Source: Candidatus Midichloriaceae bacterium
Lineage (GTDB): Bacteria; Pseudomonadota; Alphaproteobacteria; Rickettsiales; Midichloriaceae
Assembly: GCA_965655955.1 (NCBI GenBank)
Contig: CBFHIH010000001.1
Location: 1 to 49,306 of the forward strand
Reading direction: 5' to 3'
DNA length: 49,306 nt
Part shown: positions 28,438-37,939 of the stretch, in pieces
Layout of the letters: every line of letters begins with the position of its first letter
Position numbering within the stretch: position 1 is the first letter of the stretch
The notes under the pieces: generated by a model
Database searches by the model: none
The model's input: only the letters and a program-made list of their open reading frames with translations
Told to the model about the DNA's origin: nothing
Made by a program: the position numbers and the translations under genes

Positions 28438-29145
28438 CTATTTATAAACCACCCTATCATCAAAAACAAAACACTCGCCTTCCCATAATGACGTTTTGTT
28501 AGAAGATTTTCTATCATCTATATATTGAATTATTCCATCTTGCAAATGAAAGACATTCTTGAATCCTTTGTTTTTTAAATATGCGGTGGATTTTTCACAT
28601 CTAATGCCCCCTGTGCAAAACATCGCTATGTTTTTTTCCTTATCTTTTTCTGTGACGTTCTTATCTACCCAATCTGCAAACTCGGTAAAATTCTGTACAT
28701 AAGGGTTTATAGCGTTTTTAAATGTTCCTATCGCATATTCATAGTAATTTCTAGTGTCGATCAAGAGAGTATCTTTTTGCTGTATCAAATCATCCCACTG
28801 ATCTGAATTAAGATATTCTCCTCTTTCACTCATATCAAGGTCTTTCCTAAATGACACTATCTCATCTTTTATCTTTACCTTCATTCTTTCAAATGGTTGC
28901 ATAGATGATTTTTGAGGTTTAAATCTTATGTCAGAAAATTCTGGAATTGATGTAATAAAAGAAAAAAATTCTTGTTGCATTTCAGGCTTAAATGCAACAA
29001 AAGCATTGATTCCTTCATGAGCAAGCAATATAGTTCCTCTCATATTATTTTTCTTGCAGTAGCTAAGAAGCTTGGCTTTCAAATCCTCAAGATTCTCTAA
29101 GCGAACGAATTTGTAAAAACAGATAACTATATATTCCTGCTTCAT
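28438..29145 (-). CDS. trhO: rhodanese-domain protein TrhO/YceA (tRNA uridine-34 hydroxylase family, UPF0176)
   Basis: N-terminal ICFYKFVRLENLEDLK module plus a rhodanese domain with the active-site loop FCTGGIRCEKS. Confidence 0.82.
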   Translation of the reverse strand: MKQEYIVICFYKFVRLENLEDLKAKLLSYCKKNNMRGTILLAHEGINAFVAFKPEMQQEFFSFITSIPEFSDIRFKPQKSSMQPFERMKVKIKDEIVSFRKDLDMSERGEYLNSDQWDDLIQQKDTLLIDTRNYYEYAIGTFKNAINPYVQNFTEFADWVDKNVTEKDKEKNIAMFCTGGIRCEKSTAYLKNKGFKNVFHLQDGIIQYIDDRKSSNKTSLWEGECFVFDDRVVYK

Positions 29146-29664
29146 TTATCTACCATAATTTTTTATCGCTTGCTCAACAATGGCAAAAGATTTTTCTGCA
29201 CCATGCCAACCTTTAACCTTAACCCACTTATTCTTCTCAAGCTCCTTATACCTTGTGAAAAAATGCTCAATTTTCTTGATAAAAATCTCAGGAAGGTCTG
29301 TATATTCTTTGACTTTATCAAAAGATGGGTCGATTTTTATGGTTGGAACAGCAAGCACTTTTTCATCAAACCCACTTTCATCTTCAGTTTCAAGAACACC
29401 TATAGGTCTGACCTTGATGAGCGACCCTGCAACTATAGGCAAAGATGTATACACCAAAACATCCAAAGGATCGCCATCTCCTGACAAGGTGTTGGGCATA
29501 AAGCCATAATTACAAGGATACACCATGCTTGTTGGCATAAACCTATCCACCACCATGCATCCCACCTCCTTATCAAATTCGTATTTCACTGGATGAGAAT
29601 TCATCGATATTTCAACTAATGTATAAAATTCATTAGAAGAAGAGGTGAGTTTTGAAAGATCCAT
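29146..29664 (-). CDS. ppa: inorganic pyrophosphatase (family I)
   Basis: IEISMNSHPVKYEFDKE, YPCNYGFMPNTLSGDGDPLDVLV, DEKVLAVP. 172 aa. Confidence 0.95.
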   Translation of the reverse strand: MDLSKLTSSSNEFYTLVEISMNSHPVKYEFDKEVGCMVVDRFMPTSMVYPCNYGFMPNTLSGDGDPLDVLVYTSLPIVAGSLIKVRPIGVLETEDESGFDEKVLAVPTIKIDPSFDKVKEYTDLPEIFIKKIEHFFTRYKELEKNKWVKVKGWHGAEKSFAIVEQAIKNYGR

Positions 29665-29784
29665 TGCTACCTTGTTTTAAGCGTTTTGATAACATTCTAT
29701 CTAAAATCCTCTCTTAATCAAGAGACAGACTTTTTGTTTTATTTATTCATATATCTGGGGTACAATTAATATATTTTTGAGGAG

Positions 29785-30261
29785 GTGTGCGTGTTTAGAG
29801 ATGGTAGCTTCATCTTAAGAGATGAGGATGTTGAGAAGATGATTGAAGGTGTTGTTTATCATGTCAGTGCAAATAAAGCACAAGACACCAAGGACACTAA
29901 GTATGGTGCTTGGTGGGTGAAAGAACTGGACGCTGCTGGAGAAGTAAATTGTCAATTGGTGGAGGTTGTCAAGCATCATGGAGATAACAGCAAATATAAA
30001 TATCATGGAAGTTTTTTGTCCACTAAAGATTTAACAGCAGCTATACAAGAAAGGTATGATTACCAGAAACAATTAAGAACAGAAATATCTGATCTAAGCC
30101 CCATGTCATTCAAATCTTTGAGCACTAGTAAAGGAAGCTTTGAAAGATCGGAACCCCCTTCTGACACATCGCCATGGGGCTCTAGTGAGGAATCAAAAAA
30201 GTTTAGATTACAAATAGCGCTTGCAAGACTCCGTTCAGACAAAAATCAAAACCGGAGATAA
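29785..30261 (+). CDS. hypothetical protein
   Basis: 158-aa ORF with a strong SD (GAGGAGG, 5 nt before the GTG). No family recognised. Ser/Pro-rich and basic C-terminal third. Confidence 0.5.
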   Translation: MCVFRDGSFILRDEDVEKMIEGVVYHVSANKAQDTKDTKYGAWWVKELDAAGEVNCQLVEVVKHHGDNSKYKYHGSFLSTKDLTAAIQERYDYQKQLRTEISDLSPMSFKSLSTSKGSFERSEPPSDTSPWGSSEESKKFRLQIALARLRSDKNQNRR

Positions 30262-30357
30262 ATTTTTATTAATAAAATTCTTTACAGTCCAGAAAAAAGT
30301 TGCTAGCGTTTTTTTGCGGGGGAAATGACACTACGTTTTTGTGTGGGTGATGCATAA

Positions 30358-32323
30358 TTGGAGAGCTCTATGCTTAAAAGCACACTCAATAAAGAGCAGG
30401 CAAGGATATTAGTACTTCTTTCAATCGGTACTTTCTTAGAATATTTTGATTTGATGCTGTATGCTCATATGGCATTTATTTTGAACCAGTTGTTTTTTCC
30501 ACAAACCGATCCTTTAGTAGCGAAATTATTAGCTGTTTCGGCTTTTTGCTCTACCTTTTTACTAAGACCGATTGGGGGTTATGTAATGGGTAGGATAGGT
30601 GACAAACGTGGTCGAAAAACCACCATAACCATAACAACGCTTTTGGCATCGCTTTCTTGCATATTAATGGCCTCTATAGGAACTTACAATGAGATAGGCA
30701 TACTTGCTACTATAGCGATAATATTTTGCAGAATGCTTCAAGGGGTTTCTTCGCTGGGTGAAGTGATAGGTGCCTCACTTTATCTTTCAGAAACTTTTAA
30801 GTCTCCACAAAGAAACTTTGCATGTGGCATGATAGGCGTTTTTAGTCAACTGGGTGGTTTGTTAGCTTTATGCATTGGTTTTTTTGCTGTTTCGATAAAA
30901 TTTTTTTGCTGTTTCGATAAAATTTGATTGGAGATGGGCATTTTGGTTTGGTGCGGTTATAGCACTGGTGGGGCTATATTCCCGAGCTAAGCTGAGAGAA
31001 ACTCCAGAATTCACCGATTCAAGCTATCAAGTTCATAATCCTGAACATTTTAGTCATAAACTTTTCGACCAAAAGATAAGCCCCTCCAGGTTGATGTTTT
31101 TTTTACTAACAATTCCATTGATAGCGGTTTCAGTTTATGTGACTTATATGTTTTCAAGTGACATTATGAAAAATACAATGAAGATGGAATTTTCACAAGT
31201 GTTGGCTCAAAACATCAAAGTATCTGTTTGCAGCATTGTTTTGAGTTTTGTTAGTGCTTATATGACAAAAAGATTTCATCCAATTAAGATAACCTATTTC
31301 TTCTTATCAATTTTTACTGTGTGCTTACCTTTTTTGCCATATTTGTACACAGAAAGATTAACTCAATCTTCTTTATTTTTCACCCAAATCGTCACTTTTT
31401 GCCCCACTTTGACAGCTTTTGGAGTATTGGAGATGTCAATTTGGTTTAAGTATTTTCCGATTAAAAAAAGGTTTACCATAGGAGCAACTTGTTATGGAAT
31501 TGCAACAGCTATAGGATATGTAGTTGCCTCTTTTGGTCTTGCGTTTTTAATTCCACATTTTGGATATTTTGCACTTTGGATTATTTATACACCGTTATTG
31601 ATAGGAACCTTTTGTAGCATCTTCTATCTCAAGAAACTGGAGGTGAAAAAAGGCTTGTATCATCATTATCCATATACTGACGAAGATGTGAAGGGTTGTG
31701 ATTATGATTATAAATATGACCTTGGAGAAGAATATGACGAGTTTAAAAAAGAGTGTGAATATTCAAAAAAGTTGATCAGCGAAACAGAAAAGTTGAATGA
31801 ATCAAGCAAGTTCCCTGTTGACATACAGCTTATCAAAAAAGCCATCGTGTTTGCAAAAAAGTGGCATGATGGGCAAATGAGAAAATCTGGTGAGCCATAT
31901 TATACCCATCCGCTGGCTGTTGCCGAGATGGTTCTTCACTATAAATTCAAGACGCACATTATTGCTGCAGCAATATTGCACGACGTGCTTGAAGACACAA
32001 AATGCACAGTTGAGTTGATCAAGGAAGAGTTTAGCCCGAGAATAGCTGAGATCGTAACGTTATTAACCAGAAAAAATCAAGAAAAAAAGATATCAGTCGG
32101 CGAATCAATCAAGAAAATCTTTGAAGCAACAGATTATGACGCGCTGCTAATAAAAGGCTTAGACAGGATGCATAACCTTCAAACAATAGGAGCAATGAAT
32201 CAAGCTAAACAATATGACATAGCCAAAGAAACGGTTTATGAAATAGCTGACCTCATACCATATGCAGTTGATAGCCTAAACGTCAATGACAAAAGAGATC
32301 TCGAAAGAAAAATGGAGGCTTGA
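30358..32323 (+). pseudogene. MFS transporter fused to a SpoT/RelA-type HD (ppGpp hydrolase) domain, disrupted by a 22-bp tandem duplication
   Basis: ORFs 30358-30927 and 30968-32323 are collinear with the intact paralog at 44948-46930. Conceptually removing one 22-bp repeat unit restores ...GFFAVSIKFDWRWAFWFGAVIALVGLYSRAKLRETPEF..., which matches the paralog. The likely native start is the ATG at 30370. Confidence 0.85.
30889..30932 (+). repeat. perfect 2 x 22-bp tandem duplication (tttttttgctgtttcgataaaa)
   Basis: Unit 1 (30889-30910) and unit 2 (30911-30932) are identical base for base. 22 mod 3 = 1, so the duplication shifts the frame of the MFS-HD gene. Confidence 0.95.
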
Positions 32324-32620
32324 TTGGCTTTACATTAAGTGAAGATGAAAAAGAGAACGTCTCTTGAGTATAGAATTTTCATCACAGGCGTCAGAGTAAA
32401 AACTGCGATCCTCATTTATCATGATAAACTCCGGTTCTTATTTTTATCCCTCCTACAAATTTCTAATTATGCAGCAGTCTTTAAAAATATCCTTATATGG
32501 CGTAATAGATGTAATCTTGTTACACTTAATAAAGCGTAAGATATAACCTTCTCTATAAAAAATGAGCATATTTAAAAACATTGCGCTATATAGGATTTAT
32601 AACACTTTTTATAATTATTA

Positions 32621-33982
32621 ATGCTGTTTAAAACTATAAACCCTTTCACTGAAGAAGTAATATCTGAATACCCTTGTCACACCGAAAATCAGATTGAGGC
32701 TTTTATTGAGGGGCTCCATAAAGGCTATAAATCATGGAATGTTGTTCCACTTGAAAAAAGGTTAAATTTCTTGCTAAAACTTAAGCTCTTACTAGAAGAG
32801 GAAAGAGACAGTTTAGCAAAATTGATCACTGATGAAATGGGCAAACCAATAAAACAGTCTATTTCTGAAATAGAAAAATCTATATTGCTGTGCGATTACT
32901 ATTATCAACACTCTGAGGGCTTTTTGTCTCAAGTCACTATTAAAACTTCTTATAGTAAAAGTTATTACCAATATTCTCCAACAGGCATAATATTTGGCAT
33001 AATGCCTTGGAATTTTCCATTGTGGCAGGTGATGCGCTTTGCAATTCCCAACCTTGTTTTAGGAAATGCAATTCTTCTGAAGCATGCACCAAACACCACT
33101 GGAGTTTCACTTGCCATTGAAAAAATCTTTTCTAAAGCATTGTCTTTGCATCTTTTTAAAAGCATCATTATCGATGTTTCCATTGTTCCCAAAGTCTTAA
33201 AAAGCAATTTTATATCAGGAGTGTCTGTCACAGGTGGGAAAAAGGCAGGATCTTCTGTGGCACAACACGCTGGTGCAAATATAAAAAAGGTAGTTTTGGA
33301 ATTAGGTGGGAATGACCCATTTATTGTTTTTGATGATGCAAATATAGAAGATGCTGTTTGTCAATGCATTGAATCGAGATTGTTAAATGCTGGTCAGGTT
33401 TGCATTGCTGCTAAGAGGATCATCCTTTCTAAAAATATCGCGCGTCAATTTGAAGATTTGCTTCTTGAAAAGTTGCAAAATTTCCGAGTGGGATCTCCTT
33501 ATTTCAACTCAACTCAAATTGGCCCCTTAGCTAAGAGTGATATCAAGAGCAATCTGAACCTTCAAGTGAACAAAGCTCTCAATGATGGCGCCGTTTCAAT
33601 TTATAAAAGTCAACTTTCACATTCTTCAAGATATTTCTTTCCCATCACTGTTTTGAAAAATGTTCAACCCTCTAATGTGGCATTTAAAGAAGAGTTGTTT
33701 GGACCTGTGTTTTCAATCACAGAAGCTGCCAATAATAAACAGGCAATAGTCTTAGCCAATCAATCTGATTATGGCTTGGCTGCCTCAATATTCACTAAAG
33801 ACTTAAAAGAAGCAGAACAAATTTGCAAAAATGAACTTGAAGTTGGCATGTGTGCAATTAACAAAACACCTTCTTCAAACCCAGAGCTACCTTTTGGTGG
33901 CATAAAATCTTCAGGTTTTGGCAGAGAATTAGCAGAATTTGGTCTTAAAGAATTTTCTAATATAAAAACAATTGTTATATAA
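32621..33982 (+). CDS. NAD(P)+-dependent aldehyde / succinate-semialdehyde dehydrogenase
   Basis: 453 aa ALDH family with WNFPLWQ, LELGGNDPFIV (catalytic Glu), GQVCIAAKR (catalytic Cys), EELFGPV and PFGGIKSSGFGRE. Confidence 0.85.
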   Translation: MLFKTINPFTEEVISEYPCHTENQIEAFIEGLHKGYKSWNVVPLEKRLNFLLKLKLLLEEERDSLAKLITDEMGKPIKQSISEIEKSILLCDYYYQHSEGFLSQVTIKTSYSKSYYQYSPTGIIFGIMPWNFPLWQVMRFAIPNLVLGNAILLKHAPNTTGVSLAIEKIFSKALSLHLFKSIIIDVSIVPKVLKSNFISGVSVTGGKKAGSSVAQHAGANIKKVVLELGGNDPFIVFDDANIEDAVCQCIESRLLNAGQVCIAAKRIILSKNIARQFEDLLLEKLQNFRVGSPYFNSTQIGPLAKSDIKSNLNLQVNKALNDGAVSIYKSQLSHSSRYFFPITVLKNVQPSNVAFKEELFGPVFSITEAANNKQAIVLANQSDYGLAASIFTKDLKEAEQICKNELEVGMCAINKTPSSNPELPFGGIKSSGFGRELAEFGLKEFSNIKTIVI

Positions 33983-34367
33983 AAAGCTCCACAAAAAGGA
34001 CTTCGAGCATTCACCTCTGTGATATCATCCCAAAGTATTGCAATATAAATTTATACTTTACAAAAAATCCTTTACATGCCAGGCTTTTAAGTATACATTC
34101 CCATAACATTATTGATTTAGGTGCGAAATGTCATATTTAAACAACATAATGAATATTCTTCAGTCACTGAAGAGCATTGATGGCGTTTGGCATTTTGTGC
34201 ATTTACATCATCATATGTATCAAAAGGCTGATTTTTCTGATCGATATTTTAGGCTCGCTCTTTAAAATCTCACCACTTTTTCTTTTCGATTGATATAAAT
34301 TTTTTCACGCAACTTTGCGTAAGGCAAATTCTTATCTAAAAAAACAAAACAATTTATGAGGTAAAAA

Positions 34368-35420
34368 ATGTCTTCGTCACTGGGAATCACTGATGCTGTA
34401 AATGCCGCAGTAAATACCGTAGAAATGGCCTCCCAATATGCTGCCAATTGGGCATATGATAGTGCAATCAGCGTTAGTGCAGAAGCATATTCTTCATACA
34501 CATATGGCGTGAATTTTGCGTACAACAACCCAGGCAAAACCGTTATGACTTTAGGTGCAACGGTAGGCACAACTTATGCCGCTCCATGGATTGCTCCAGA
34601 TGCTTTGAAAGCAACTTGTGTTTCACTTGTTTTCAATTACGCCTTTCAATATTTACCACAATATAGTGTTTTGCTAGATGTAGTAAAAGATGCAGCAAAA
34701 GATACCACTACAATAGACATGCCTATTTATATTGCACTTGAAGTGAAAAAAGATCCTTTGCTATTGTTAGCTGCATTTACTGGCTATGTAATAAGAAAAA
34801 GCATGAATAAATTAAGTGAATTCCTATATTCTGAGGGACAGATAACCAAAGAAGGAGAGAAATTGCTAAATGTTGTTGGAGGGATTATAGGTGGTGGAGT
34901 TAAATATGGCATAGGTCAAAGTCTAGGTGACGTCACCAATGAAATTGGCGGTATCTTAGGTTTTATTAGAACTAATACGCAAGGTAATCCTTATCAAACA
35001 CAAATTATAAAAGTAGCACAAATGGGACAAGGTGCATTAAATGGTGCTTTATATGAAATGTTCTCTGAGGGAATTGTCAGTAACATTAAAAATAGTGAGT
35101 ATGTCCAACTTTTTGTTAAAACTGGCATCGTAGAAGGTGGCATTGACGCCGTTGTATTTAGAGGAATAGGAAAATATGAAACAACAATAGCCGTACCTAT
35201 ACTTTTGACAATCTTTATTGCCGAAGGAGAAATTATCAAGGCGACAAAATCTTTCAGTAAAAAGGCATCTAGCAGCTGCAGTGCTAACTATATGATATTT
35301 CTAAATGTTGAAAAATGTTATGAAGATATGCGCGATATAGATCCATCGAAAGATGACATGCACCTTCTAGAAGATAGTAGAGAAGTACAAACCGATTTTA
35401 TAATCAATCTTAATGAATGA
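34368..35420 (+). CDS. hypothetical protein, Gly/Ala/Tyr-rich with glycine-zipper-like segments
   Basis: 350-aa ORF with a GAGGT SD 6 nt upstream of the ATG. Hydrophobic and small-residue segments (VVGGIIGGGVKYGIGQSLG, IGGILGFI, GIVEGGIDAVVFRGIG, IAVPILLTIFIA). No family recognised. Confidence 0.55.
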   Translation: MSSSLGITDAVNAAVNTVEMASQYAANWAYDSAISVSAEAYSSYTYGVNFAYNNPGKTVMTLGATVGTTYAAPWIAPDALKATCVSLVFNYAFQYLPQYSVLLDVVKDAAKDTTTIDMPIYIALEVKKDPLLLLAAFTGYVIRKSMNKLSEFLYSEGQITKEGEKLLNVVGGIIGGGVKYGIGQSLGDVTNEIGGILGFIRTNTQGNPYQTQIIKVAQMGQGALNGALYEMFSEGIVSNIKNSEYVQLFVKTGIVEGGIDAVVFRGIGKYETTIAVPILLTIFIAEGEIIKATKSFSKKASSSCSANYMIFLNVEKCYEDMRDIDPSKDDMHLLEDSREVQTDFIINLNE

Positions 35421-35490
35421 GGGGAGAGGTGATTATAGCTGGATTAGTTTAAAAAAGTCCATTTTGGGTTAATCCAACTGTAGTCTCGTC

Positions 35491-35634
35491 CTACAAATCG
35501 TCGTCATGCAGAATAAAAGACTTATACCTCTTTAAATCTTCATATTGCTTGTTTTTGATAGACCAAAACACTCCATAAACACCAAGCAAAGCAATGAAAA
35601 TAGCAAGAGGAGCTAGATATAACAACACATTCAC
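35491..35634 (-). CDS. ccoS: cbb3-type cytochrome oxidase maturation protein CcoS/FixS
   Basis: 47-aa ORF absent from the ORF track: (M)NVLLYLAPLAIFIALLGVYGVFWSIKNKQYEDLKRYKSFILHDDDL. It matches the FixS/CcoS pattern (MNxLxxLxP...LGxxxFxWxxxxxQYxDLxxxxxxILxDD). Its GTG start overlaps the trmFO TGA stop (GTGA). Confidence 0.7.
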   Translation of the reverse strand: MNVLLYLAPLAIFIALLGVYGVFWSIKNKQYEDLKRYKSFILHDDDL

Positions 35635-36947
35635 TTCGTCTCCATTTCTTTTTTCCACTGGTCTAAACATTCAACAGCTCTGTTTATCACATGAGACTTC
35701 TTGGCATCTTTTTTCACCTTTATGTCAAGCTCTCTAAATAAGCCAAAGTTTATATTCATAGGCTGAAAATACTTGGTATTCTCTGGATTTGTGATATGAT
35801 ATATAAGAGAGCCTATAGCACTGTCACGCGGAATCTCAATAGCATCAACATCATTAATTTCATTTGCCATATAAATTCCAGATATAAGCCCCAAAGCTGC
35901 ACTTTCCACATATCCTTCCACGCCCGTAATTTGCCCAGCAAATTTAATATTTTTATTCTTACGCAAGCTTAAATCCCTATTTAACAAGCTCGGGCTGTTA
36001 ATAAAAGTGTTACGATGCACACCACCAAATCTAGCAAATTCAAGATTTTTCAAACCAGGAATTGAGGAAAGCACCTTTTTTTGATCATGATATTTCATCT
36101 TGGTCTGAAACCCCACCATATTATAAGAAGTTCCATCTATATTGTCCTGTCTTAGCTGCACAACAGCAAAGGCTTTATCTTGAGCATTTGGATTTGTCAA
36201 ACCAACAGGTTTCATAGGACCATATCTTAAAGTATCCTTTCCTCTTTCTGCCATCACTTCAATTGGAAGACAGCCGTTAAAATATGGAGTGTTTTTCTCC
36301 CAATCTTTAAACTCTGTTTTTTCTGCCAAAATCAACTGATTAACAAAGTTATAATACTGCTCTTCATTCAACGGGCAATTTATATAATCCCTTCCATCGC
36401 CTTTGTCATATCTGGACTGCATCCACGCAACATCAAAATCTATGCTATCTCTATAAATGATTGGTGAAATCGCATCAAAAAAATATAGATAATCAGATAA
36501 ATCAAGAACTTTTGTTAGATGCTGGCACAAAGAATCACTGGTTAATGGACCAGTGGCAATAATAACTTTACCCTTGGGAAGCTCCTTTATCTCTTCCCTT
36601 ACGAGAGTTATGTTAGGATTTTCTATGATCTTATTCTGAATTGAGGAAGAGAACATTTCTCTGTCAACTGCCAAAGCAGAGCCTGCAGGAACACGATACT
36701 CATCTGCCGTTTGCATCACAACAGAGCCAATAGCACGCATCTCATCATGCAGCAAGCCAATCGCAGTGTTTTTATCATCTGATCTGAAAGAATTTGAACA
36801 AACTAATTCAGCAAGAGAGTCAGTTTTATGAGCTGGAGTGCCTCTCACTCCCCTCATTTCATATAAAGAAACCTTTATTCCTCTTTTAGACATCTGCCAA
36901 GCAGCTTCGCAACCAGCTAATCCGCCACCAATCACAGAGACATGCAC
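35631..36947 (-). CDS. trmFO: methylenetetrahydrofolate--tRNA-(uracil54-C5)-methyltransferase TrmFO
   Basis: FAD site VIGGGLAGCEAAWQ, ELVCSNSFRSD, FFDAISPI, GQITGVEGYVESAALG. 438 aa. Confidence 0.92.
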   Translation of the reverse strand: MHVSVIGGGLAGCEAAWQMSKRGIKVSLYEMRGVRGTPAHKTDSLAELVCSNSFRSDDKNTAIGLLHDEMRAIGSVVMQTADEYRVPAGSALAVDREMFSSSIQNKIIENPNITLVREEIKELPKGKVIIATGPLTSDSLCQHLTKVLDLSDYLYFFDAISPIIYRDSIDFDVAWMQSRYDKGDGRDYINCPLNEEQYYNFVNQLILAEKTEFKDWEKNTPYFNGCLPIEVMAERGKDTLRYGPMKPVGLTNPNAQDKAFAVVQLRQDNIDGTSYNMVGFQTKMKYHDQKKVLSSIPGLKNLEFARFGGVHRNTFINSPSLLNRDLSLRKNKNIKFAGQITGVEGYVESAALGLISGIYMANEINDVDAIEIPRDSAIGSLIYHITNPENTKYFQPMNINFGLFRELDIKVKKDAKKSHVINRAVECLDQWKKEMETK

Positions 36948-36959
36948 AAAAACAATACC

Positions 36960-37574
36960 CTATTTAGTTTCAGCAGCCTGTTCTTCCGCTTTTTCAGACT
37001 CTTCTTCTTTACCTCTTCCGGTAATTGCTAAAATCGTGAAATTGTCCTTTTCAATAGACTCAACACCCTTTGGCAGTTCTATATCTGTTAAATGGACAGA
37101 TTTACCAATTTCAAAACCAGCAACATCAATCTCTATTTTTTGAGGAATACTTTTTGGCAAACAAGAGAGGTGAATAAACTTCTTCACAATGTTCAACACA
37201 CCACCTTTTTTAACGCCAGGGCTCTTGTCCTTATTTTTAACGACAACTTTAACAGATATTTTAACCGGCACGTCGCTCTTCACGAACTGCATGTCCACAT
37301 GCAAAGGTCTGTCAGTCACAGGATGAATTTGTACATCCCTTGGCAAAACATTTATAGTATCCTTGCCAAGTTTTATAGACATAAGCTTTGAAAGTATGCC
37401 ACCTTTTTCATATTCTTTATAAAAATCTTTATATAAAAAACTGACCTTTTTGTTCTCACCAAAACCATATACAACAGCAGGCAATCTTCCTTCCCTGCGC
37501 AATGCACGAGCAGAGCCAGTTCCAGCTTCAGCTCTCTCTTCCACCATTAGAAATCTTTCCGACATATCTATCAC
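36960..37574 (-). CDS. rplY: 50S ribosomal protein L25 / general stress protein Ctc
   Basis: RAEAGTGSARALRREGRLPAVVYG and DVQIHPVTDRPLHVDMQFV, with an acidic C-terminal tail. 204 aa. Confidence 0.88.
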   Translation of the reverse strand: MIDMSERFLMVEERAEAGTGSARALRREGRLPAVVYGFGENKKVSFLYKDFYKEYEKGGILSKLMSIKLGKDTINVLPRDVQIHPVTDRPLHVDMQFVKSDVPVKISVKVVVKNKDKSPGVKKGGVLNIVKKFIHLSCLPKSIPQKIEIDVAGFEIGKSVHLTDIELPKGVESIEKDNFTILAITGRGKEEESEKAEEQAAETK

Positions 37575-37582
37575 CTTTGAAA

Positions 37583-37939
37583 TTAAACTCTTTCCTTAAT
37601 CCTAGCAGCTTTTCCTACCAATTCACGCATGTAGTACAACTTCGCTTTTCTGACCTTACCCTTGCGAATCACTTCAATTTTAGAAATCAAAGGAGAATAT
37701 AAAGGGAACGATTTTTCGAAACACATACCTTTTGTGACTTTTTTTACTCTGAAACTTGAGGCAATGCCACTGTTTTTTCTGCCAAGACACACACCTTCAA
37801 AAATCTGTGTACGCTCAGTTGCTTCATCTTTGATAATATTATGAACCCTCAGGGTGTCACCAGGTCTAAAGCTTGGAATTTCCTTGCCTTCCATCAGCTT
37901 AGCTTTATGTTTTTGAATGTATTGGTCTAACAAGTTCAT
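37583..37939 (-). CDS. rplS: 50S ribosomal protein L19
   Basis: IPSFRPGDTLRVHNIIKDEATERTQIFEGVCLGRKNSGIASSFRVKK...SPLISKIEV. Conserved trmD-rplS order. Confidence 0.95.
   Translation of the reverse strand: MNLLDQYIQKHKAKLMEGKEIPSFRPGDTLRVHNIIKDEATERTQIFEGVCLGRKNSGIASSFRVKKVTKGMCFEKSFPLYSPLISKIEVIRKGKVRKAKLYYMRELVGKAARIKERV

Noticed and set aside
32339-32539. 66-aa ORF in the 297-bp gap between the MFS-HD pseudogene and the aldehyde dehydrogenase.
   Set aside because: It has no SD, a GTG start and no recognisable motif. I treat the gap as intergenic, but could not exclude a small gene or sRNA.
34262-34570. 102-aa minus-strand ORF overlapping the 5' end of the 350-aa orphan.
   Set aside because: It is antisense to an ORF that has a good SD and much greater length, and it has no RBS of its own. 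It also overlaps the stop of the upstream mini-ORF.
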